A stretch of 64,000 nucleotides of DNA, taken from the NCBI GenBank assembly GCA_973851085.1, contig OZ316775.1:2790001-2854000 (forward strand). Direction: 5' to 3'. The stretch is from Ptychomitrium polyphyllum (taxonomy: Eukaryota). A model generated the notes under the pieces. That model saw only the letters and a program-made list of their open reading frames with translations, was not told where the DNA came from and ran no database searches. Below are positions 28,177-39,919 of the stretch, in pieces. The first letter of the stretch is position 1. Each line of letters begins with the position of its first letter. A program made the translations under genes and the position numbers.

Positions 28177-31140
28177 AAATTCAAGCTTCCGAAGCACACA
28201 TGAAACCTCGGGAAAAAAAAATCAGTTCCGGCCGCCGCAAGCAATAAGGAGCTTCTGAATCTGCTCTTTCTGATGAGGAACTACGGACAACAAAAACGAC
28301 TCTTCCTCGAAGATATCATCGCCGAAAAAAATCAACAAAAGCAGAATCCTAAAAGCCACATCTCCTGCATTTTCCAGCGTCACGCGCCTGCCTCCATCCA
28401 ATGCTGCAACATTCTCGTCCTCCGCAGCCAATAAACCTCCACGCTCCACTTCTATATCCAATTCACGCCTTCGATGAACTCTCAAAGATCGCATCAAAAA
28501 ACAGAAAAGGAAAAAAATGCCAAAACAGAAACACGACCGCAACAACAATTGCCTGCCACTGTTCTCACTCCGTCAAACTGCTTCGAGTTCTCTCCAGACC
28601 TCGCAACTATCTCATCACGCTCCCTACAATGGCTAAACTTCTATTCCCGTCGCGCTCCTTCGCCCGCACAGACATATCCCTTGCACCGAAGCCTCTCCCT
28701 CCGCACCACGAGTAGATCCAACCCTACTCCAATCCCACGCCACCGCCTACACGCCGCGCGCGCGAGCGCTTCCACTCTCTGTCTCTCTCACTCTCTCGCT
28801 CGCTCGCTCAGTTCCCTCTCGCAGCGATCGCCAACCTACAAGCCCTCGGCTCTCCAACTGAGATACTCCATCGTTTCCGCTCTTTCCAGAACGTGCCGGG
28901 CCTCGTTTAGAAGAGTGCGAAGCTGTGGCGCCATCCACCACGTGCCTGCGGCGACGAATTGTGGATCTGACAAACCGCGGCTCGCAATCGCGTGAGAAAA
29001 TGGATCGATGGTGTGCTCCTCCTTGTTTCTCTGCCCTCGTACACGAGCGCTCGCTCTCTCTCGAGCGCGCGCTCGCAGCCTCGTTCTCTTCCATCGCGGA
29101 AGGTCCATCGACCCAAAATCCGTCACTAAGCTCAAAAATCCTATATTATCTACCTACGGAGTATACCTCAGCGATACAATCTAGGTTTTTTGAATCTGGT
29201 GTCGAATTTCTGTACGTGAGTTCGTCGAAGGTGTTACAATCCGATATTATCTACGCTGTTTCTGGAATTCATAGAGTGAGATGTGAGCATTCTGTGGATA
29301 GTTCGTTGGTTCTGGATTTACTGGTGACGGTCTTAGGATATTGGGCTTCCTTACTTTTTAGTTCCGGCTATACGGCTATATGGATATGATGTATGGATTT
29401 ATGTATGTATTTTAATACGGATGTATGGCCATACGGATACGTTTAAGATTTCCTTGAAAATCAGCCTTCCAACATTGGGGGTATCAAGTGCATGATATCA
29501 CTTTCAATGAATAGAATTATCCCATGCTTTGCTACTTTCCTTTTATTTGGAACCAGAGTAATATAATACAAAGGTCTGATGGAAATCTAACAATCCTTGG
29601 TGATTATGGTTGCCTTTGTTATTTTACCAATTTTTTGTTTTTTTATTTTTTTATTGGATTCTTGTAGTTGGAATGAGAGAAAGTATTTTAGGTACATGAA
29701 AATTGGAGAATTGGAGAAATAAGTATGCATATTGCTAATAATGGATGTTCTTTTTTACAAAAATGAATTATAGTAGGTAGTCTAACACTTTTTAATATTT
29801 GTACGGAGATTTGTTTAAATGAGCCTCTTCTTCATTTTTTGGTCAATACAACTTGCCAAGTTTTAAGGATATTACAAGAAAAGAAGATAATAAACTTTGC
29901 ATATTAGTGATTCTTTTCATTATTAGATTTAATATAAAACTATAAATAAATCATACAATTATAAGCTAGTAACAAGAAAATATGAAAGGAAGGAACTTTA
30001 AATTCACAACATCCTTTAAGGAATTGCATTATATAATTTATTACATTATAAAAACTACATGGTGTTATATAAAAGTTTACTTATGATAATTACTAAAATG
30101 GCCTTTGGCTTTACCAAAACTTACTCTTTAATTATATAAAGTTTTTCTTTGAAAGTACTTTCAATTCTTAAATAGGCTATTTACAACCAAAACGTTTTGA
30201 ATAAGTGAAATGAATCAACTTCAAAGAACCAACACCTATAAATATGACCTTAAAAGATTTCATCAAAAAACTGTTAAAAAATTGCAACCAAAATCTTAAC
30301 CGAATCACACACACAAGAAGAAAAATTCCAAGGCATCTTTAATACATATCATGTGGACGCCATATCAAAATTTTCAAAATAAAAAATCTTCACCCTTAGC
30401 TTCTTTAGTCCAAAATAACTACATTAGTCACTTAAATTGGCATTAACATCACCAATCAATTGAAATTAATTAAACAATCAATATTTGCATCCATAACGTT
30501 AACAAAAGCCTAAAACAATCTCCACTTCCACCAAAAGCAAATAAACAAATAAACAAACAAATAAAATTCAATAGCTTGTCCAACGCCACGAAAAAATAGT
30601 TAGTCACTATATCACAAACTCAGTCCAGCAGAAGAACTCTACGGGGCCGCTGACGAATGCGCTGTGCAGCAGTGGCCACCCGTTCTTCATCCGCCGCCGA
30701 TGAAACTCCTCACGGCCACATACGCACACAGACACCAATACGCCCACGCATACTAATACTCGCTTGCATAGGAATACGCAAAAGCACACTAGCCACAAGC
30801 AGGAAAGAAATACCAGAGCCCATACGGAGGCACATACGAATACAGGGCGCGTGAGGCCCGGAGGAGATGTAGGACGTGGGCAGCTGGGAGTGGACAGCCG
30901 CGGTCACAGGGCAGGGGCGGTGGTAGGGGGTGGAGGGGGGGTGCAGGAGCGAGGGCTTCACTGCACACACTTGCGCACCAAACCCTACGGGATCTGTTTT
31001 CGCACGACGGCATTTGCTTGCCTTGCGGAGCTGTGGTTTGTGTTGCGCGCTTCAACGGCGTCCAGGCAGCAAACCCTCGCCGCTCGTGCCGCGCTCGCAG
31101 CTTGACCACCGGCGGCCCTGGCGCTACTTCCAACGTCACC

Positions 31141-34100
31141 ATGTCGGGCGGCGGTTTCTTCCGAGTGCGTCAACGATTCTCTCCGTCTTACCGCAATCCC
31201 ATTCCTGTCATGCTTTCTGGCTGTCGCGCTCTGTGGCTCTTCTCTGTCACTCTCTTGCTGGCTGCTTTTCTGTAGAATTGAAGATATCTTCCGTTTGCTT
31301 ATCGGTGTGGACTGTGTGGTGGTCGCTGCGTTCCTGGACTGTCGCTGTCTGTGACGATTGATTTTTTCGTTTCGTGCGGTACTGGCGCTGGAGTTTAGTC
31401 TCTGTAGGTGCCGCTTGTTTCTGTGGGAGTGAGCGTGAGTTTGCGGATCGTGTTTTTCTTTTGGCGGTGCTTGCGTTGTGTCGTTGCTAGGTTGTGGATG
31501 TGGATGAGTTGATTTTGGTTTCTCCCTTGAATTGTTGTACCATCGGGCTTTTGTTCGTCTGTTGGATGTACGGTGCTGCCAATGTGTCCTTGTGATGTCT
31601 GTTTCGTTTTTTCTCTCGTGTTGATACGATTGCTGGATGAAGTAATTTCAGGGCTAGAAGTGAGATGACCTGATTTGAGTTGGCGTCACCTTGAATTCGA
31701 GGCAGGTGTATATAGCTGTGCGAGGGTACATTTTCAGATTTGTCTTCGAGCTTCTTTCAGCTGATTTTCGAGCAGAAAGTCAGCCGTACACTTCAGTGGA
31801 TTTGATTTTGTAGTCTTCGATCGATTTGTTCGCGTTCACCTCAATTCCATAGCCCTCGGAAGATTTTAGCATCTCCTTGCGTTGGAAATAAACATTTTAT
31901 CAAGCCTAGTGGTTAATTTTTAGATGCTTGTGGTGTTCGTATTTCTCTTCAACTTAGTCGAGTTTTCTTGTGGCGCTAGATATCTGCGAAGAGAACGAGC
32001 TCTACCAGTTGTTAGCCAGATGGATCATCTCGTTATTCTCTCCTTGCCTAAAAGCTATCATACTCACAGCCTGTGAGTGAGGATTATGGCCTACTTATTC
32101 GCCTTTTCTGCCACGAATACGTTAAAAATATATGTGCATTCTCAATATATCAAGTGTCATTTCTACGATACATGTCTATCTTCTCCTTATTCTGCACTTA
32201 GTGCCTTCCATTGCAGCATCTACATCTAGTGCACGTTTATTGGACAGTTTAGGTTTATCACTTTTGTTTACTTTTTGGTAAATTGACTGTGTCTTTGAGC
32301 AGGGAACGTCTGCGGACCAGGATACACGTTTTTCGAATAAAATGAAGAAGTTACTGAAGTCTCAGAAGTTTGCTCCAGAACTTGATGTTGTGGTGAGTGT
32401 GGATAAGGTTTTTACGTTTTACCCACATTCTTTTGCATAGCACAAATCTTTGCGTGTCTTTTTTTTAACTTTGTTAAAAAGAAATTATGGCATGCAACTC
32501 AATCTGATATTAATCATCCCATTCACCATTGTGTACTTCGAAAATCCTTAATTGCCAATTTGCAGATTGACACCTCGAAGGTTCAAATGGATGTTATAAA
32601 ACCTTGGGTAGCCACTCGAGTTACGGAGCTGCTAGGCTTTGAAGACGAGGTTTTAATCAATTTTATATATGGTATGCTTGAAGAGAAGGTGGGTGCTCCA
32701 TACGAATCTCCTGGACATCACATTTTAAAGCAAGTTAGCTCTACTTCATTGGCATGGAATATAACATATTTTTTTATAGGTATCTGGATATCTCAGGCAC
32801 TAACACAAGGCATTTCACTCTGTTTGAGCTCATGCTTTGTGTGGTTTGTATCTTGTGCCTCAGAACGTGGATGGAAAACATGTCCAGATTCAGCTTACGG
32901 GTTTTATGGAGAAAAATACTGGAAAGTTTATGAAAGATCTTTGGAGCTTGTTGATAAGTGCGCAGTCCAATGTGAGTGGTATTCCGCAGCAATTCTTGGA
33001 CCAAAAGGCAGAAGAGACCAGGCTGAAGAAGGTAATTTATCTTTCGATTTGCAATCATTCTAGACAAGTATACCTTGGTGGACTTGCTAATTGCAGGGGG
33101 TTTCTATGTAGGAAATCCTCCTCGTGAGGAGCTCACAGGGACAGTAGAAAGAGTTTCTATATGGAAACTGGGTTTTGCCCTCATTTGAGTATGCTGCTTT
33201 TCTACAATTCTAATGATTGAAAAGATGGAAACAGATTTCGTCCAGTTCAAGTAATGGGACTCCTTGTCTTGCCCCTGCTGCTTTCTTCAAAATTTGGTAA
33301 TTTGCTTGTCTGATTAACGTATGCTCACAGATCGAATCTGAGCGCATTGCTGCTGAACTTCAGCGCAAGCGAGACCTTGATAAGTTGGCTGATGAGGAGC
33401 GGCAACGCGAGAAAGTGAGACCTTTTCCTGTTTCATGTTTGCTGTAGCCTGCTTGGCAGAAACTTTTGGTTTCAGGATGCAGTTATTTGTAGTTGGTGGT
33501 TTTATCGTCTTGGTAGAATTATAGGGTTTTTCTTGTGCTTCATTCAATTCTATGCGGATTCATTCTATCATTTAAAAACCACTTGGGCTTGTTTTTAATT
33601 CACAGGAAGCTGCAGCAGAGGCTGCTCGGATTGCTAGGGGAGCTAAGGGATCAGCAGATAACGACCGGGATTCAAAACATTTTGATGACAGGAGAACAGG
33701 TCCAGGGAACGGGTGCGTGCTACTCCTTTCTTCGTCCTGCTAGTGAATTGTATCCTACTAATTGTGCACGCCTTCGGCCTCAAGGAAATTATCGCTAGAA
33801 GTTTGTCCTGGAGGATTCAGTTATATCTGCAACTCATAATACATCTTATTGTATGTTTCTGAATGAACTTATGCTGCTTAAACTCTCTATGATTTATTGC
33901 ATACGATTTGGATTTTGGCCTCCTTTTATAGTCCTTCGTTTGTAATTTTTAATTTTTTTAAGACGGTATTTGCTTAGATATTGAATTTGATCAATTCATC
34001 GTTGAAATTACAGCAATTTTAGAAGGTCGGCTAGCAAACGTCGATCTCCATCTGGCTAGTATAGTCCATGTTCTACAGCACTTACCAATTTCCTTATACT

Positions 34101-36587
34101 GTGCGGATTTGCTTTTGTGTTGCGACTTGGTATCGTGTTACTACAGCAATATAATCAGTAAGTTCTACTGGCGCTGGTGGCAGTGCCATGCCCTTGTACG
34201 GAATTTGACTTGTTTTGTGTGCAGAAAATACAGACGACGCCAACGTTCCAGGCATTCTTCAGATTCTAGCTTGTCCAGGTATTATTCTTTCTACAAATAA
34301 ATAATTAGGTAGCGCTGATGCATTTGGGCTGGTCTGTTATCTTAGGCTGTCCTGATGGCTTGTTGCTTGTTCTCTGGTTTTTGTGAAACGGAGCCCGTCC
34401 TTTGCAGCAGTTTTAGGGCGGATTTTCAACTTGCATGTGTGGCTTGACATGCAATGCTTTGTATGTCTGGTTTAGGTCACCAGTACGAAGTCCACCGTGG
34501 AGACGTGCATATTCCCGCAGTGCTTCTCGATCACCTCGACGACATAGGAGATCTGTTTCACCGAATCGACCCTCTCGTGTTCCAAGGGTTGTACATTCGC
34601 CTGCAAGGCGGAGTTACTCACGATCACCTATCCGGAGAAGAAAGTCTCCACCAACATACAGATCGCCTGTGCGGCGTCGTTACCCTTCACGGTCTCCACC
34701 TGCACGAAGGTTCTCAAGTTACTCTCTTTCTCTAGTGCCACAAAGCCGGGCCAGGTCCCTACTTGGAAATCCTGTATAGTACATGAGAGAATCATAGTTA
34801 GGAATATTGAGTGTGCTTCGGATTTAGCGGTTACCATTTGGAGTGACTATTTGTTGTGTTGCAGTGCTGCGTTAACTGTAAAATGAAGTATTAGCGGGAC
34901 AATACAGACATTGGGTCCTGAAATTTGGACATCTGATCTGCAGGAGTCCTTACCGTCGAAATGGGGCAGATGCAAGGAGGGGCTATCGGAGCCCTTACAG
35001 GTTTGTCTCTTGCTATTGACTCCCGTGCTGGATATCATATATTTAATTGTGTGAGTAATGTTGGCTTTATATACCAGTAATTGTCTTTGTAATTTGGTGT
35101 GTGTTCTAGTGTCCGTTTGGTGCACGATGAGCCTTACCAATTTTTTGGTTTCTTACAGAGTGGATCGGCTTGGAATGAAAGAAAGACGTACGAGTGTTTC
35201 TCCTGGTTTCCGTGGATCAGAGTCCTCTCCAAAGCCACCAATCCCCGGCCGACGACGTACTGGCTTTGGGGATAGAGACACTCCTCGTGAAGTTGATGAG
35301 AGGAGAGCAGGCACAGAGAGGGATGGGAAGAGCAGTATTGGAGATAAACGTGCATTTGGTGAAAGAGATGAGAAAAAGACGGGTGCTTCCATCCAAGAGA
35401 CAAAAGATGGCGTTGGGGAAAAGAGATTATACAGTGACATGGAAGACAAGAAGACAGGATCTGACCGAGGTTTCAGAGAAAAGAAAGATAGATGGGCTCA
35501 TAGTGACTTAAATGATGAAGAGGAAGAACCCCAGAAAGGTGGCAAGGACTTAGTTGGCGAGAAAAGGCTCTACAGCGATATTGAAAATAGCAGATCTGGG
35601 TTTGATAGGCCCGTGAGAGAGACGAGAGAGAAATGGCCCCACAACGATTCGAATGAGGGGCATAAGGAGGCCACTAGAGCCGTGACAGGAGTGCCTGGTG
35701 GGAAACGTCCGCATAGTGAAATTGAACGGAACAATGGTGTTGACAGGGTTGGACGAGACAATCCTGTAGAGGACAGATACTGTAATGACAATGGGAGAAG
35801 AGCTGAAGATAGGGCTGGGAAAGATGGCGGCAGTGGAAAACGTGAAACGGATACGAAGAAGTTGGCAGTTGGAAAGGAGGATCGCTATTTTAGTGATCAA
35901 AGGGACAGGCCCACGGGGAGACAAAGAAGCCCTCTCCCAGAGAGGCAACAGGCATTTAAGGATACACGAGGGGTAAGAACTGTTGACCCTTCCCAGAGCC
36001 CAGTCAGAGAAAGGAGGAGAGAGGATCATGGACGGCGATCTACTGAGCTTGACAATGATGGCTCCGACATTGCTAGAGAGAATCTTTCAAAGAAATCCAG
36101 AATACAAGAGGCTGAGGATGGTGGGCCTGTGAGGGATAATATTGACCAAGAGAGCTTGTCACCTAGAGGGAGTGACGAAAGACGTAAGGAGGAAAAACGG
36201 CGTAGGAAAGAAGAGAAGAGGGTCCGGAGAGAGGGAAGACATAAAAGAAAGAGGGAGGAGAAGCAGAAACGCAAGGACGAAAAGCGCGCAATGAAGACTG
36301 GCACAAACGAAGAGAGGAGGAATAAAGCACTCTCACCCGGCGGAATGGAGCAGAGTGATGAAGATCACTCAGAATATGATAAGAAGCAGAATTGGAAGGA
36401 TGAAAAGCGTGCAAGGACGACCGGCATTACGAATGGCGAGGAGAGGAGGAACAGGGCACTCCTCTCACCCGACGGAAGGGAGCAGAGTGATGAAGAGCAT
36501 TCGGAATATGACCAGAAGCAGCTAGAGGATACACTGCGGCAGAAAGCCTTAGAATCAATGCGCGCCATGAAGGCCATATCTCACTAA
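31141..36587 (+). CDS. SRRM1: PWI-domain Ser/Arg-rich splicing coactivator (SRm160/SRRM1-like); exons 31141-31164, 32303-32392, 32566-32688, 32864-33031, 33331-33414, 33606-33712, [34014-34025?], 34225-34278, 34476-34709, 35159-36587
   Basis: N-terminus MSGGGFFRGTSADQDTRFSNK; PWI core IKPWVATRVTELLGFEDEVLINFI and QIQLTGFMEKNTGKFMKDLWSLL; RS/SP repeats; C-terminal LRQKALESM; intron phases consistent. Confidence 0.92.
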
Positions 36588-37925
36588 TGCTCTTTTTGTT
36601 GGAAGATGTTTTTACAGCAGTGATGAGATTTATATGTGGTTGGCAGACTGTATCTTGAGCTGTGAGGTTCAGATCTGAGGAACTGTGACTTGTGGCTCGT
36701 GTTTGTAGGTAGTGTTAGTTGGTTAGCGAGGCAAAAGAGCCTATCTTTTGTTGGTTTGTCTTCTTACTGAATGTCCATGCTGGGCGGCAGGACCTGACCA
36801 CATTCGGAACCTGATAAATCTGGAGAGGGCCTTATATGTCGAAGATTTAAGAGTGACAACGTTGCTGGTAATATTTGCTGGCTCTTGCATGCAGTTCATT
36901 TTTGTGTACAGGACCATCACAATTTGGTTTCATCCTTTTCACCTGTGTCGCCTACTCACGAGGACATATTCATGTTTTTAAAGTGCAGCTTGGATTGGAT
37001 ATTGCAAGAACCTATCTTTCGATTGCCAGCCAGCCTTCCGCAGGACATCCACAGTTGTCCCTTCACCATCTTTATTGGATCCTAGGCTTGCTTGCTCACT
37101 TCAGAAACTTTGAGACTAGATCCAGGTGAGGCTATGGTTAGTGTCCACGGTCGTCTGCTTCTGTCAGTCAGCATGACCGTTTTAAAAGATGTACGTTCTA
37201 AGTACAGTTGAGAATCGTCTTTTCGTTACATCACAAATTGGTGTACTTTTTGCGTCTCTACTGTATATACTTCAATCATCCCCCTCTTTTAGCTGGTTAG
37301 TTCATGTATTTGACACTGTTTCCTACCTGCAATAACGTCAGTATTTTTGGAATGCATCTGATTTTTGTGATATGCAGTTGAGAATTGGATGGTTGTGTTA
37401 ATGAGTTGACCTTCAAAATCAGCTTGAGTATTATATCAAAGTCTTTATATTCCTGCAATGTGGCAGATGTGTGCTAAAGATTTTGGAAACTTTTGCTGTA
37501 GCAAGTCTGACTACACCACTAAGTTAAGAGGCTAAAACGGCACACAACTTGTTAGGCACTTCATTTGCGGTTGTGCTGAATATTGGGGCACCTTGTCTGT
37601 AATGACTCAGTCTAGCTCTTCTACTAGTGGCTATGCTGTGCTCTGTTGGTGATTTTAATGGTAAAGGTTATATATACAGGGCTGATATTGTGAGTGTGTT
37701 GTACTCGAGCAGCAAACGAGGAATTTACGATTGGGATGCTTTCATGTCTATTCATTAGTTCAATCTTCAGTAAATTTATGGCAGTTTGTGGTGGACTAAT
37801 CTTGTGCTGCTGACTTGTTTGGCATTAGCAGATCCGAAAGGCTTCTCACTTCCATTCGAATGTTGAGCGAGTTTGTTTTTCTAAATGATAAGCACCGGAA
37901 ATAGTGATGAGTGACTTATCTGCTT

Positions 37926-37998
37926 CAAATTTTCATGATTTGCACACATTCCAATTGCACACCAAATTTTCATGATTTGCACACATTCCAATTGCACA
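37926..37998. repeat. Two-copy tandem direct repeat, period 37 bp
   Basis: CAAATTTTCATGATTTGCACACATTCCAATTGCACA starts at 37926 and again at 37963. Confidence 0.9.
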
Positions 37999-39919
37999 TC
38001 AGGAAAAATTGACGCCTGGACTGGGCCTGTTTCCGAGGCCGTCCTTGGACGGTCTTCTTCGGGTTTGCTGGTTTCCACAAGTATTATTCCCTCCTCCCTC
38101 TGGACGCCCGTATCAACAACCTGCATCTAAATGTAGCAGATCAGCAACGATTGGATTATGACATGTGTGAATGACTAGTAAGTTACCTTAAAAATCTCTA
38201 TGAGTTTAGTCTGCCACACAAAGATTCCTTAATATGACATAGTGTGGCCAACTACTTGGTGTTGCTTTATAGATAAAATAAGAGAAAATAGTTTTTGTAT
38301 ATAGATGAGATCTAAGTCAACATGACACAATGCCTTTTAAGCTTGGTATTGCCATGAGTGTTTTTTAGTGCATCTATGAAGAGAGAAGTGGACTTGAAAA
38401 TTAAAGGAAAAAATAACCAATTTAGTTTCTAAGGTTCATATAAAGAATTAATCACAATTTATATCCATGGTCCAAAGTCTCACACCTAAAATCAATGAAC
38501 ATGTTATGTTTTCATTCAAATAAACAAAATATAAAAAAGAATATAACTAGATGTTTTAAATTTTTAAATAGTCCTCATACCCTTATGCTATAGAATTATT
38601 TATAAACTTAGTTTCTCTTTCATTCACAATATTACATATAATTTTTCTTTTTGCTACTTCTACATTGATGGGTGAAAATATACTTTAAAATAAGAATTTT
38701 CAATCATTCATTCATTATTTGATCCAAATATAATGAATTTGTAAAAAATTATAATCTTTAAAAATATTATAGGCATTAGAAGAAATTAATAAATAAACTG
38801 CAGGCTAAGGTTTAGAGTCAAATGCTAGTTGAATGAAAATTTTAAACAAATTTGAATTAGTTATGAGTCTTTAAATGATGTTTTTACAAGAGCTCAAAAA
38901 ACCATTTGTAAATAAGAGCATTAACTAATTAAACAAGAAGACCTGCACAAATATCCAAATTTCATTTAGAAAATAACCATATAACAAGTCTATCGTCCCA
39001 CATGGCTTTCTTCAAAAATCTTATATAAACTTTATCTTTCTTTTTAGTACTACTCCTTCATATGTCCATTTGTATCCAAATTTAGCCCCATTAACACAAC
39101 TCTCCTACCCATTTTCCAAACCATTTTGCTATTAGTGGCTACTAACATGAATTCAAGGATTACCAATCTTTTTAGAGTTGGTGATTGCAGGAAGAAGGTA
39201 ACAATGGACCTACCTCACGGCATAACTCCTTGAACTCATCAGAGGTATCAAGGTAAAGCCCCAGCTTGCAGAATGTATTCTGTGATTTTCATAACTTCCA
39301 GTATGAATTTTCTCAAGAAAAAACTGATGTCTAAAGATCATTATTTGCACATACAGACTTTAAAAAGTTGCAAAACATGGTCGTCATACTTCACAATATA
39401 CAATGTATAAAGTTTGTACTGGAATTGGAAACTTGATTGATTAATCAAGGAACACCACACACTTCATAAGATTCCCAGCATGCACTACCATCAGCACATC
39501 TATGCAACACTATCTCATGGAATCTGCTCAGTTGAGAACCAATCAATATAGGATTTCTCGAAAATGCCATGTCACCCAAGCCCCGGCCATGTCACACCGT
39601 CCCTTGCCACAGATAATTAATCAATCCAACTTTTCGTGTAAAAGTAAAGATCTGATCCGGTAATTCCCCAGTCATTACATGACTTTCAAACACCTTAAGA
39701 GTTTAGATGCAAGCGACAGAAAGCACATTTGATTTACACTGAATTTTGTCGTTACGATATCACCAAAACGAAACCGGAGGTGCTTACACACACATTTTCG
39801 ACAGATCTCGCAGAGATCTCTACTGTTGTTCCATGATGTGATCGCATTGGGAAAACTACTCCAATCCCCTCATGCTTTATCAATAGCTCCAAACTTTTGT
39901 ATTGTGAGAGACACATGTA

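Noticed and set aside
28222..28494. 90-codon ATG-started uORF in the SABRE leader (minus strand)
   Set aside because: The ATG sits in a T-rich tract just before a plausible acceptor (~28481), so it is probably intronic; the peptide has no recognisable features.
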